From Saccostrea echinata (taxonomy: Eukaryota), in contig NW_026889751.1 in the NCBI RefSeq assembly GCF_033153115.1, forward strand, positions 16,430,001 through 16,494,000: a DNA stretch of 64,000 bases, in the 5' to 3' direction. This document shows positions 21,701 to 34,900 of the stretch, piece by piece (position 1 is the stretch's first letter; each line of letters starts with the position of its first letter). The notes beneath the pieces are model-generated. The model was not told the DNA's origin. It worked only from the letters and a program-made list of their open reading frames with translations, and searched no databases. The position numbers were made by a program, and so were the translations under genes.

Positions 21701-24700
21701 AACCACAAGGTAATGTATTTGATTGTATGTTGAACAATAAGATGTCATTATCTGTACATTGGAGTTTACTACATCATATGTTGTTAAAAATGTTTTGTCT
21801 TTTGAGTATTTTTAATTTTCATGAAAATATTTACCCATATTCTTGTGATGTATATTGTATTACTGTATGACAACTTATCAAAAAAAGAGAGAAATCTTCA
21901 ATGCATTTATTCTTAAAATCTTTTGAGAATACAATAATCTTATTTAAAAAAAAAATTGAATATTGAATCAGCATGCAGATACCAGATATGTAGTATTGTA
22001 TTGGGGAGGGGGGGGGGGGCTTTTTCTCTGAACAGTATGTTTTACTGTTAATTTTTCCCCGAACAGTATGTTTTACTGTTAATTTAGTATAAAAATGTTA
22101 AATCAAAGGCAGGTTGTTGTAGGAAGGTCAAATCCTAGCTGTTATGATCATGGATGAAATTTTTTTTTCTTGAAAAATGTTGAAAAAAAAAAAACAAACA
22201 AACATTTTTTTTTTAGATAAGATGTCAATTATTTTTCTGGATTCCCACTCAACTTTCAACAATGCTACATGATGTAAGTTCCTTGATACTTTGTTACCAA
22301 TTGATTTGTGCAGGTCGGGTCAAAATGCATTATACAATGTACACTCAGAGACCTCTTCAATAGAAATCAATCAGTTTTGATAATTTGGATAATGTTGACT
22401 TATCTCGCTCCACTGTTACTCAGAAGAAAGGGATTTAATGTTGTAATCTTATTTACCTCTTATACACATATGGTTATAGGTCAGATGTAATTAGCACAGC
22501 CAGAAATTGATCACTTTCAGGATCATTAGAAAAATAACACAATACCCTTATAGTTGTAATTTAAATCAACACCTGAACTATTTAACAGTCCAACACAAAC
22601 TGAAATAGGATAGGAATGTTAATTTATCTATTGTGATCACTCGGAAGAGTTAGATTTTAAAACACATTAATGGACTTGTTATCCAAAAATGTCAATTTTT
22701 TTGCCACTGTAGGGATTTTTTTTAGGTGTGTCGTGTTTCTGGATGAGTTTGTCCAAGTTATGTTGTCAACACTATATTTTTCTGAAAACAATAGAATATG
22801 TCACCCAGTGCCATCAGATTTCAATCCTATCTTCATTAAATACTTAGAGCTTGAAACAGCTTCATGTTGATAATAATCCAAGCTATGCTAACTTAACATG
22901 ATCTGTGTTGTGTATTTGGTGTGATTTTAACACAACCGTTGTGAAGAATTCAGTACTTAATTAAAGATATGGATTTGATTGTCACCAACACCTAATGTAA
23001 TATGTTACATACATGTAACTTATTCTATACATTCATTTTAAGCAGGAATTACAAAGATGTAAAGATGGTGAAATGACCCAGCTGATTGTCTTCATGGGAA
23101 AAAGAAAAGGAATGGAGTTCAAATCATCAGAAAGGTAGAAATTATATAGACTTGTACTTAATGGATATTGGAAATAAATGGAAAACAATTCCAGATTAAA
23201 ACAAAAAAATGTATTTTAGATACATACTAAATAAATTTGGTATTTTAGATCAAACATGCATTTGTAATATTAACAGTAAACTCTTTCATAAGTACAAGCC
23301 ATTGTTATAGAATTGTTTGAAACTTTTGTCAGAAAAAGTCGAGTGGAAAGGTTGGACCAGGTTAAAACACAAGCATTTATTTGATATTGTCAACCTATTC
23401 TGGCAAAAAAGTTGTACCGACTTATAAGTAGGTCAATGGCAAATCGCTCAAAAATAACTGCAAAAAATACAACCGACTTATAGGCGGACAGACTTATACA
23501 CGAGTATATACGATAATTTGAAATGCTAATTTTATTTATTTATAGCCGTGATCTTTATATATTTAAGTCATATACTGTATTATTTTGTCAAGATAGTGTA
23601 GAGAGAGTTTCATCAAATAAAGACTAGAACATTTCCTAAGTGTAAACTGAAAAAAAAAAAAATAAATTGTACAAGCTGCAAAATGACTAAAACAGATGAC
23701 TATATAAGGATATTAATTTAACATATTAAAGTAGCTATTATCATGCAGTTCGGTGCTCATTTCTTTAAAAGAACTGTGAAATATTATCTAAATTGACCTT
23801 TAGAACAAGTTCAAGTAGGGCAGCTGTGCTTTTTATCACTGAGGGTGGTATTTGTGATATATTAGTAAATATTACATGCAGGGCATCTATCATACATTGG
23901 TATACATTATCTTTTGATTGACTTAAAATATGATCAGAGAGGACCGAGACAGGGTAAAGTCTTAGATCAAAGTGAGATCAGATAAGGTTTTTGTCCCCCA
24001 AAAGTATGATATTGGTTTGGAAAAAGGATTGACCTTACCAAGAAAGAGAGAGTGATATACTGTAGGTAAACAAAGGTAAATTTTGTTCAACAGAAGTTAA
24101 AATTTTACCAGATTATCTGCTGATAAAAGCAGACAGTTGAGTGCAACATAGATTACATTCGTATCAGAGTAGGAACTATGGTTGTGTCTGTCTGTAAGTC
24201 TCCATCAGTTCTGTTCTTATATAGAACTCAATTTTCCTAGTAACTAATTAGTGAAATGTGTTTGAAGATTTCATTATTGTTTGATTAATTGTAAGAAATC
24301 ATTGAAATTAATGTATCAATTAAGTTCAGGAATTCTTTTTGAGTTGTCTCCCTTTAACTGCTGTCTTGAAAATGCAAATGTGTGACTTAATTGTGATGTA
24401 GATGTTTTTTTCTGCGTAGTACATATTTCTATATCAACAGTCAAAAAAGATCTTCAGAATTTCTTTTGTACCATGATTTTATAGTGCATTGTGGGTCAGC
24501 ATGGTAAACAAGGTTTCTGTAATGAGCTTTTTTCTTCCCTGAACATCTTTCTAGGATTTTGGGAGAAAATTGTCATGACCAGTTAAATGTCCCCTTTTTG
24601 TAGGGTTCAGGCATCAGGTTGGAGGTAGGATAATGCTTTATAACTGTAAAATTATTCTTTAGTTTTAAGCATCAAGTGAAAAAAATGAACTTGATAAGCA

Positions 24701-24915
24701 GGTATTCTGAGAGGCCACTTTTAGAATTAAAATTCAATTTGAGTGGTCATAGACTATATTCTAGGACTTTTGAAAAGGATAGGGTAATCTTAAAATAACT
24801 TTTTTAGGGGTATAAGTAGTAATACAAAAACAACTGAATGCTCTGTGTTTTGTTATATAATAAAAGATCGATGGTTAGTTATAAGGAATTTGTCAAATAT
24901 AATTGTTTCATAATA

Positions 24916-25121
24916 CTGTATACAGGGTTATTTTCACCCCTTGTTATATTCACCCTTTTGCGCTTGCAAACAATTTTGCCCCATTTTAAATTCACCCAGA
25001 CACAATTCTGTTTAAGAAATTATACTGTGTACTTTGAATTCACTCAGTTTGAATTTGCCCACCTGTGGCTAGGATGAAAGGGGTGAAAATAAATCTGGGG
25101 TGAAAATTTCCCTGTATACAG
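24916..25121. mobile_element. MITE (TA target duplication)
   Basis: TA|CTGTATACAGGG ... CCCTGTATACAG|TA; related decayed copies at ~25463 and ~44898-45105. Confidence 0.75.
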
Positions 25122-25658
25122 TACTGTAGATCACCAAATTTTGGTGAGACCTTATGTACTTGGTACTTATAAGCAGGAAAAAATTTAACGAATTCTGGTT
25201 ATTGCTGTATATTATCTATACTTATAAAAATTTTTGCAAGAACAAAATTTTTGTGAGCAGACGGTCTCGCGTAATTATTTGAAAATAAAGTTCTTTTGAA
25301 TAAAAAGTGATTGACATATTGAGATGACTGTCAAGAACTATGGCTCTCTTGTCATCTTCAATTGCCCAAAGAGTGAATACTTTCAATTTGTCAGAGATCA
25401 ATATGGGAGAAAACTTTATGCATGTTATCATAAAAATCATATAGATACATGTACATGTATATACTGTGTACAGGGTTAATTTTTGCCCCATGTTATTTTC
25501 ACACAATTTCTCACTGCAAATGATTTTGCCCCTTCTAAATTTGCCCTGACAGAGTTGTAATAGTGACTGAGATAACTATATCTTTCCTTGAATTCACCCC
25601 ATTTTGAAATTCGACTGAAACTCTAGTTAATATTAAAATTTTTGTACAAATATGCATG

Positions 25659-25689
<31 letters not shown>

Positions 25690-25711
25690 AGGTGGATGAG
25701 TTAGTGGAGCA

Positions 25712-25903
25712 ATGAATGTGGATGAGGTGGAAGATGTGGATCTGTACATCGCACAGCTGAAGGAAGTGTTTGATAGCTGTGACATCTACCATCGTGGCTA
25801 CCTCAGTCGTAGCGAACTTCTGGCCCTCTGTCACAAACTACAGCTGGACGAGCAGGCGGAGGACATTGTGGATCACCTCATAGACAATGCTGAATGTGAT
25901 GAG
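25712..25903 (+). CDS. NIN: Ninein-like coding exon 1 (exon starts 25687; EF-hand)
   Basis: Poly-T acceptor aaatag at 25686; MNVDEVEDVDLYIAQLKEVFDSCD...AECDE; donor GAG|GTGGGT, phase 0. Confidence 0.9.
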
Positions 25904-28900
25904 GTGGGTGATAAAAAACTCTTCTCCAGCCCGAGTCTTACTACTGTTATAGATCCACATCTTGTTTGTGACTACATCGTATCGTCATTCAGACAAGGTC
26001 ACAGGCTTCAAATGTATTAAAAAAAAATTAAAAAATTGTTCTGGGTCTAGGATTGTGAAACATTTTAGTCTTAATCAAATAGTAATCTGTATATTGCTCT
26101 GAAATGGAGTACAAGTCTAAGTCCAAAATAAAAAATGCTAATCACCAATGTGCAGTTCTAGGAAAATTTTGAGTTCCAGTTCATAAGTTGATAAGAACCG
26201 ATCTCAATGCCATAACTTAGGAAAACAAGAATTGAAGAGGCTAATTGCTAATTATATAGGTTTTTATGTGTTAAAAAGTTATGTAATATATGACTCTGAG
26301 GCAAGTTCATTTGGATATAAGGTCAGTGTCACAGTATCAGAATAGTATTAATGGATGAGAAGTATCCATGCCCAGAAGAAATAAATTCTCACTGAAAAAA
26401 AACCATGGAGTTACAGGTAAAAAAGAAATGATTTTACTTTTGACAAATGATTGAAATGGTGTTTAGCCTGGACTGAATTTCTATGAAGTTTGTAATGTGT
26501 ATCAAACAAGTCAATACTTTAGTCTGTCATTATTACATAATTGTATTAAATGATTGATGACTTTCAAAGTGAGAAGGACCTTGGGCCCTCTCATTTTCGT
26601 AGAAAACAAAATCTGTATGTGTTAAATAGGTCACTTGATCTTTACACATTTATCCAATAATAATCATTCTTTGCACATCTTTATGCAATAATGATATATT
26701 AGCTGCATTCTCCTGTAGACCCTGCATGCATAAATTAAGCATAAATTTCATACAATTTTGATAATAGGATCTTTATTCCTTCTTCTTATGAATTTGAAAT
26801 TACTAATTATTTGATAAAAGTTTTTTTAATAACTGACAATTTCAGATTGACTTCGAGCATTTTAAGGAGAATTTCGTGAACATTCTCTGCCAGTCGACTA
26901 TCGAGCGTGTAGAACAGCAGAATGACGTCAGCCTTAGTGCGAGCATACACGAGCAGTTTATGGATGCTGACCAGTTTGAGGATGCTGAGGACGAAGAAAG
27001 TGATGACTTACACGAGGAGGAGGGTGAAGAAGAAAATGAAGGGGTAGAAAAACACCAGGAAGAGGAAACAAAAGAGGAGAATTCACCCAGAGACACACCT
27101 GGTATTAAAACATTCCCTACATTTACACCTATACACACCTGGTATTAAAACATTCCCTACATTTACACCTATAGACCAGGGATGGGGTCAATTACTTTAA
27201 AAAGTAATTAATTAAATTACAATTACTTTGACTTTTTCTTCAATTAAATTACAATTAAATTACAGGCTTTCTAAGACATGTAATTAATTAAATTACAATT
27301 ACTTTGCAAAAGTAATTAATTAAATTACAAATTACATTTTTTATTTTTTGAAAATTTTTATAATCCTTGTCAATGAATATACAGAACATCATTTATTTGT
27401 ATATAAGCTCAGCCTCTGCACAAACAGTACAAGAAATAATATGCTATAGGCATTGTGTATTGTTCTGGTTTAATTAAATTTTATAAAATTTATTTACAAA
27501 ACAATAAGAATCTCCTTAAAGAACTATCCGAGATCAGTTTGATGCAGTTTCCACCACACAAAACCTACATGTACACAAATTGCATGGCTTATGATATTTG
27601 ATTAAAAGTGAGTATTTTAATAGAGTGAAATGAGTCGCAACTGTAACCCCTCAAATTAAATATTTCCTTTGAAGGTAACCTGAACATCCTAAATTGCTAT
27701 TTATGTTGAACAATTTTACTTCATAAATCAGAATTGTACAGATAGAAAATTCATTCATAAAAATCTGTTTAGATGTTAAAATAATTATCAAATTGAAAGG
27801 TTTTTTTTCCCTAAAGCTAGCGGAGCATTTTAAATTGAAATAATTTTCTTCATTGGCTTTGTCTTCTAAATCATGTAATGAATATCTCTTTAGAGGAGTT
27901 GATTTGTTTTGATTGCAATTGAAAGCTGTGATCTGGAGGGCAATTATCTCTTCCCAACAAGAGAGAACTTAATTAATGACACACACCTTCTTTTTCTTTA
28001 TTATTGATCAAACAACAAAGATTGAAATATAATAAATGTGTGTTTCATAGCTGAATAGACCTAAGATAGGTGGTTCAAAATTCATATTTATATATAAACA
28101 TAGATCAAAAAATTCAAAATTTACATAATGATTAGAAAGAAACTAGTTTATTATCATCAAGCCAATCATTTAATTATTTTGTAAGCATTAACCTAAGATT
28201 TTGTATAAATGAAGGATTGAGGAAATGTTTAACAATAAAATAAAAACCAGTAAAATGGGGAGGTAGTGGTGATGATATATCATGAATATATCATGAATGT
28301 GTATTATATAAAGTAATTGAATGTAATTGAAAAAGTAATTGAAATTACATGGTATTTTTTCAGTGTAATTAATTAAATTACAATTACAAGTAATTGAAAA
28401 AATGTTTAATTACAAATTACTTCCAATTACTTCAAAAAATGTAATTAATTACAGTCAATTACAATTACTTTTTTCAATTACCCCATCCCTGCTATAGACA
28501 CACCTGAAATTAAAACATTCCCTACATTTACACCCAGAGGCACACCTGGTATTAAAACATTCCCTACATTTACACCTAGAGACACACCTGGTATTAAAAC
28601 ATTCCCTACATTTACACCTAGAGACACACCTGGTATTAAAACATTGCCTACATTTACACCCAGAGACACACCTGGTATTAAAACATTGCCTACATTTACA
28701 CCTATAGACACACCTGGTATTAAAACATTGCCTACATTTACACCTATAGACACACCTGGTATTAAAACATTCCCTACATTTACACCTAGAGACACACCTG
28801 GTATTAAAACATTGCCTACATTTACACCTATAGACACACCTGGTATTAAAACATTGCCTACATTTACACCTATAGACACCCTGGTATTAAAACATTCCCT

Positions 28901-31900
28901 ACATTTACACCTAGAGACACACCTGGTATTAAAACATTGCCTACATTTATACCTATAGACACCCTGGTATTAAAACATTCCCTACATTTACACCTATAAA
29001 CACACCTGGTATTAAAACATTGCCTACATTTACACCCAGAGACACACCTGGTATTAAAACATTTCCTACATTTACACCCAGAGACACACCTGGTATTAAA
29101 ACATTCCCTACATTTACACCTATAGACACACCTGGTATTAAAACATTCCCTACATTTACACCTATAGACACACCTGGTATTAAAACATTCCCTACATTTA
29201 CACCCAGAGATACACCTGGTATTAAAACATTGCCTACATTTACATCCAGAGACACACCTGGTATTAAAACATTCCCTACATTTACACCCAGAGATACACC
29301 TGGTATTAAAACATTCCCTACATTTACACCTATAGACACACCTGGTATTAAAACATTGCCTACATTTACATCTAGAGACACACCTGGTATTAAAACATTC
29401 CCTACATTTACACCTATAGACACACCTGGTATTAAAACATTGCCTACATTTACATCTAGAGACACACCTGGTATTAAAACATTCCCTACATTTACACCCA
29501 AAGACACACCCGGTATTAAAACATTCCCTACATTTACACCCAGAGAGACACCTGGTATTAAAACATTCCCTACATTTACACCCAGAGACACACCCGGTAT
29601 TAAAACATTCCCTACATTTACACCCAGAGAGACACCTGGTATTAAAACATTCCCTATATTTACACCCAGAGACACACCTGGTATTAAAACATTCCCTACA
29701 TTTACACCTATAGACACACCTGGTATTAAAACATTGCCTACATTTACATCTAGAGACACACCTGGTATTAAAACATTCCCTACATTTACACCCAGAGATA
29801 CACCTGGTATTAAAACATTCCCTACATTTACACCTATAGACACACCTGATATTAAAACATTCCCTACATTTACACCCAGAGCCACATGGTATTAAAACAT
29901 TGCCTACATTTACACCCAGAGACACACCTGGTAATAAAACATTCCCAAAATTTACACCCCGAGACACCTGGTATTAAAACATTGCCTACATTTACACCCA
30001 GAGACACACCTGGTATTAAAACATTCCCTACATTTACACCTATAGACACACCTGATATTAAAACATTCCCTACATTTACACCCAGAGATACACCTGGTAT
30101 TAAAACATTTCCTACATTTACACCCAGAAACACACCTGGTATTAAAACATTCCCTACATTTACACCCAGAGACACCTGGTATTAAAACATTGCCTACATT
30201 TACACCCATAGACACACCTGGTATTAAAACATTCCCTACATTTACACCCAAAGACACCTGGTATTAAAACATTCCCTACATTTACACCCAGAGGCACACC
30301 TGGTATTAAAACATTCCCTACATTTACACCCAGAGACACACCTGGTATTAAAACATTCCCTACATTTACATCCAGAGGCACACCTGGTATTAAAACATTC
30401 CCTACATTTACATCCAGAGACACACCTGGTATTAAAACATTCCCTACATTTACACCCAAAGACACCTGGTATTAAAACATTCCCTACATTTACACCCAGA
30501 GGCACACCTGGTATTAAAACATTCCCTACATTTACATCCAGAGACACACCTGGTATTAAAACATTCCCTACATTTACACCCAAAGACACCTGGTATTAAA
30601 ACATTCCCTACATTTACACCCAGAGGCACACCTGGTATTAAAACATTCCCTACATTTACACCACGAGACACCCCTGGTATTAAAACATTACCTACATTTA
30701 CACCCAGAGATACACCTGGTATTAAAACATTCCCTACATTTACACAGTACTATTCCCTTTACACAGAGCAATGCACTGTATACAATCTTAGGTTATTGTT
30801 TCTGTCATCTGAGCAATATACTGTGTACATGTTGATAAAAAGGAAGCTCTGCTATAAAACTACAATATATGTTGCAATTAAATTCTTGCACACTGTACTG
30901 TACTGCATCACTGTTCCTGTACACTGAAAATGTAAAAGGATTTCTACAGTAAAACTTGGTTATATCAAAGTTCTAGGGACCTGCAAATTTACTTCTATAT
31001 CCATAATTCGTTATATCCGTATAACAAATTTCTTAAAGTATACATAACCAATTCGCAATATAGATTTTTTCATCCAAGTATGACTACAAATGTGTATTTA
31101 GGGTAGTATAAAATACAAAATTTACCTTGGAGTTGAAAAGTTTTTGGATTATTTGAGTTTCAAATATAAATTCTTACAGAATTAGTATCGGTTCAATATT
31201 TCAAAGACTTAGATCTTTGAAAATTCGCTATAAAAGATGTAAATTTCATTATTTTTTAACTTCTAGGGGACACAAAATCAGTTTAATATGACCATAAGTT
31301 TGCTATATCTGAATTTGTTATATCTGTAAAATTTTACAAGGAATTGTTCAGAATTTCGCTGGGGATTGCAAAAAGCTTTGCTTTATCTGTAAATTCGCAA
31401 TATCCATGTTCGTACTAAACGAGTTTTACTGTAGTAAGATGCTGGAGTCAGAACTGTTAAAGAACAAATGTACCAAAAATTGAAATTCATGGAAATTTTA
31501 AATGTATACTAAGCACATTCACTGTAATGTAAAAAGCTAGTATTTTTCATTTTACAGAGTTTTTAGATCTCCAAGAGGAAGTGACTCCAAAGTATGTGCA
31601 AGGGAACAAGAGGTATGGCAGACGATCACGTCCATTTCAGCCAGAGGACTTTGAAGAGTTCATGAATACAAACGCAGAGTCAGAAAAAGTGATTTCAAGT
31701 CAAAATACACAACCAGAGAAATTAACCTCAGAAAAAGATCGAGTCCATAAAAAGCCCCCTCTTCCCCCCAGAAAAGGCACACAGCACACAGAATCCAAGA
31801 ATAAAGTAAGCTTATAAATCTATCAAGGGGTACATTTGGGATTGGATCCCCTGTCTTAAAGCCAGTAATTTTCATACATTTTGTACTTATACTTTGATTA

Positions 31901-34900
31901 CTGTAAATTTCTTATTCTACCCGAGTACTTAATATCGTGAAATGGCCCAAGGGCGTAAAATCGCAAGAACAATAATTTGCGAATGTGTGATTTATCTAGA
32001 AATTTTACATACATCAAAGCACCAAAAAAAATAAAAGCAAGTAGTCTTACTTCGCGACTGGTGCTTCTCGCGTAATTACGCGATAATTTATTCCTCGCAT
32101 ATATTTAGGAATCTACAAGTATTTAAGTCAAGGTTTATAATACCATTTGTTTAGTTAATAGTACTTTGATTGATCAGTGCTCAAGAGGTGTTGGTAAATT
32201 GTATTCCAAAAATTTGCAGTATAAATGGTATATGTTGGATGGATTTGAGTTAAACTTTTCCAAGTTATGCAAGTTCAGTACCTGTATTTACATTGTTGAA
32301 CATGTATATCACAGAGATTGAAGTCTGCAGTGTGTACAGTATCTGTTTGTTTTAAGCTCTACTGGTCAGAGACCATAAGATCTTGTGTGAAAGTAAGGTG
32401 TCTGTCATCTGTCTCTCTGTTGGTCTGTTTGTAAAAAAAATTCAAAATGCTACTTCTACAGTTTGGTCCAATTTCAGTACTTGGCACACAAGTAGACTAC
32501 ACTAGGATACATTATTCTCTTTATCAGTTTTTGATTTTGATGTATGGTGTTTCCATGGATACTAATCCTAGAAATTTCTGTGAAATTCTTTCAAATCGCT
32601 ACTCCTCCTACAGTTTCTGTCTGATTTCAATAAAACTTTCTACACAAGTAGACTACACTAAGATACATAATTTATGTATTGGTTTTTGATGAATGGTGTT
32701 TCCATTCTTACTAAAATAGTAATTTCTGTGAAATTCTTTCTGAAGGCCACTTTTCCTATAGTTTTAATCTGATTTCAAAGAATCTTTGTACACAAGTAGA
32801 ATACACAGAGATACACAATTCTTTTTTCCGGTTTTTGATTTCAATAAAAGATGTTGCCATGGTTACTAAAAATAAGTTATGTAATTCTGTGTATATGTGT
32901 CTGATTTCAATGAACGATCTTGCCATATTAGTTAATAAAATAGAAATTTCTGTAAAATTCTTTCAAAGGGCTACTTCTCTTACATTTTTAGTCTGATTGC
33001 AGTTAAACTTACCTCAAAAATAGACAAATGAAGGATCATTATTCTTTTTATTGCTAATGCCGTAGTTTCAAATCCAAGTGCTACTTTGTAGTAAGTACAA
33101 ACCAAATTAGATACAGTCTTGTCAGAGACTTCTGGTCTTATTGCTAATCTTAATTGGCTCTGCCACTTACTATTAAAACTTAAGCTATTCCAAGGAATGC
33201 AAATGTTCGCCTGAAATAGCTTACATTAATATGAATAAAGCCAAGCTATGGTAAATTTTTTAGCTCACCTGAGTCAAAGGCTTTTGAGCTTTTCTGATTG
33301 AATAGTGTTTGTTGTCTGTCTGTCAGTCTGTTTGTAATTTTTTTTTTTACATTTTTGACTTCTTCTCCAGAACCATTGGGCCAGTTTTATCCAAACTTTC
33401 CACATAGCATCCGGGTAAAGAGGGTTCAAGTTTGTTCTATCGAGGACCACACCCTCTTTCAAGGTCAAATCATTAAGAGTTGGTGAAAATTTAATGGCAA
33501 CTTTTAAAAATCTTCCTCTCAAAAACCTCTGGGTCACAGAGGATGAAACTTACGTGAATGCATCATTGCAAAGTGCAGACTCAAGTTTGTTCAAATCTTG
33601 ACTTTGGGGGTAGGATGGGGCCACATTAGAAGATCCAAGTTTTACATAGGAATGTATAGGAAAAATCTTTATAAATTTTCTTCTCAAGAATAACAAAACC
33701 ATTATTAGTCATATTTTGGTCCACAATATGGAGTCAAAATTTTTATGAAAAGAGGGACATTAAAAAAGAAAAACTCCTGATGAAGAACGGCAGGGCCAAA
33801 GTGACTCAGTGAGCATTATAACCAATGAGCCTCTTGCTATATATTCTCATATAAGCATTTCAGTTCATGCATGTGCCTGAAAAGAAAAAAATATCCATAG
33901 ATATTGAAACTACATTTAATATTTTCATAAATTTTGACAATCAACTAAAAATAAGATTCCCCATCTCTCAAAGCTAAACTGAATAATTAGATTGAAATTA
34001 TTAGGAATAATTGTTCATTTATTCATGAATGTTTACAACAATCCTTCAGATTCATAACTTGAGAAAGATATCAGTCTGCATCACTCATTACTGCAATTGT
34101 CAGCTGACAAGTTTACTTAAATTAGTAACCAGAGTTGGTATACCAATCTTGATTTATTTTCATACAACGAACAAAGTGCATTTAAATTTTGGTTTGTGTG
34201 GTCTAAATGTAGACCATACAGTTGAGCTTTCATCTTTCAAAGAATGTATAGATTATGAGCTTTTTGGAAAAAAAAACAGGTCAAGGTCAGAAGGTCAGTA
34301 ATCCAGGTATTTTACAAATGCCATTTTGTTAAGTAATGCATAAGCAAAATATCAGATCCCTACCTGTTAAAGTTCTCAAGTATAAGCGTGACAGACACTG
34401 ACAGATGAACGGACATCTAGCAAAGCGATCCCAAACTGTTGCTCTGCTTTTTAAGTGACAATATAAGAGAAAGACTTCATAATTTATCAAAGGGATTGTT
34501 TAAAAAGAAGTCACTATATCATGCATTTGCTTCAGCTTTGTGTTCCAAAAAAATGTTTTAGTAATCTAATTGGAGTTGTTATGGAATCAGTCCAGTCAAA
34601 CCATCCTTAAATTTCCCCCCAAATAATAATTTTTACCCCTTGTAGGTACATGTATATGTACTCATCTCCATGTAAAGATACATCAAGGACATCTGGAAAA
34701 AAAACTACCGGCAGATATAAATGGATAAAAATTGCAGAAAAAAATCTAGAAAACCAGTCCTCATTGTCTGGTGCTGAAAGCACTATATTAAGAAGATTGT
34801 TCCTTTTAACATTTTGTCACACCATGTGTGCAAAGCAGTTAAAGTGATTGCTGAAATAAAAAATTAATTCCCATTGTTTCATGGTGCAACTTCATGAACC

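Noticed and set aside
18000-25686. Short ORFs and a possible non-coding first exon of the ninein gene
   Set aside because: The ORFs look like chance frames in AT-rich intron-like DNA. A promoter near 18 kb is plausible, but I could not place exon boundaries.
28478-30671. Long ORFs on both strands, including a Cys-rich CKCRECFNTRC metallothionein/keratin-associated-like protein
   Set aside because: They are readings of a 42-bp intronic minisatellite that is stop-free in three frames. Frames switch at 40/41-bp units, and there is no independent start or gene structure.
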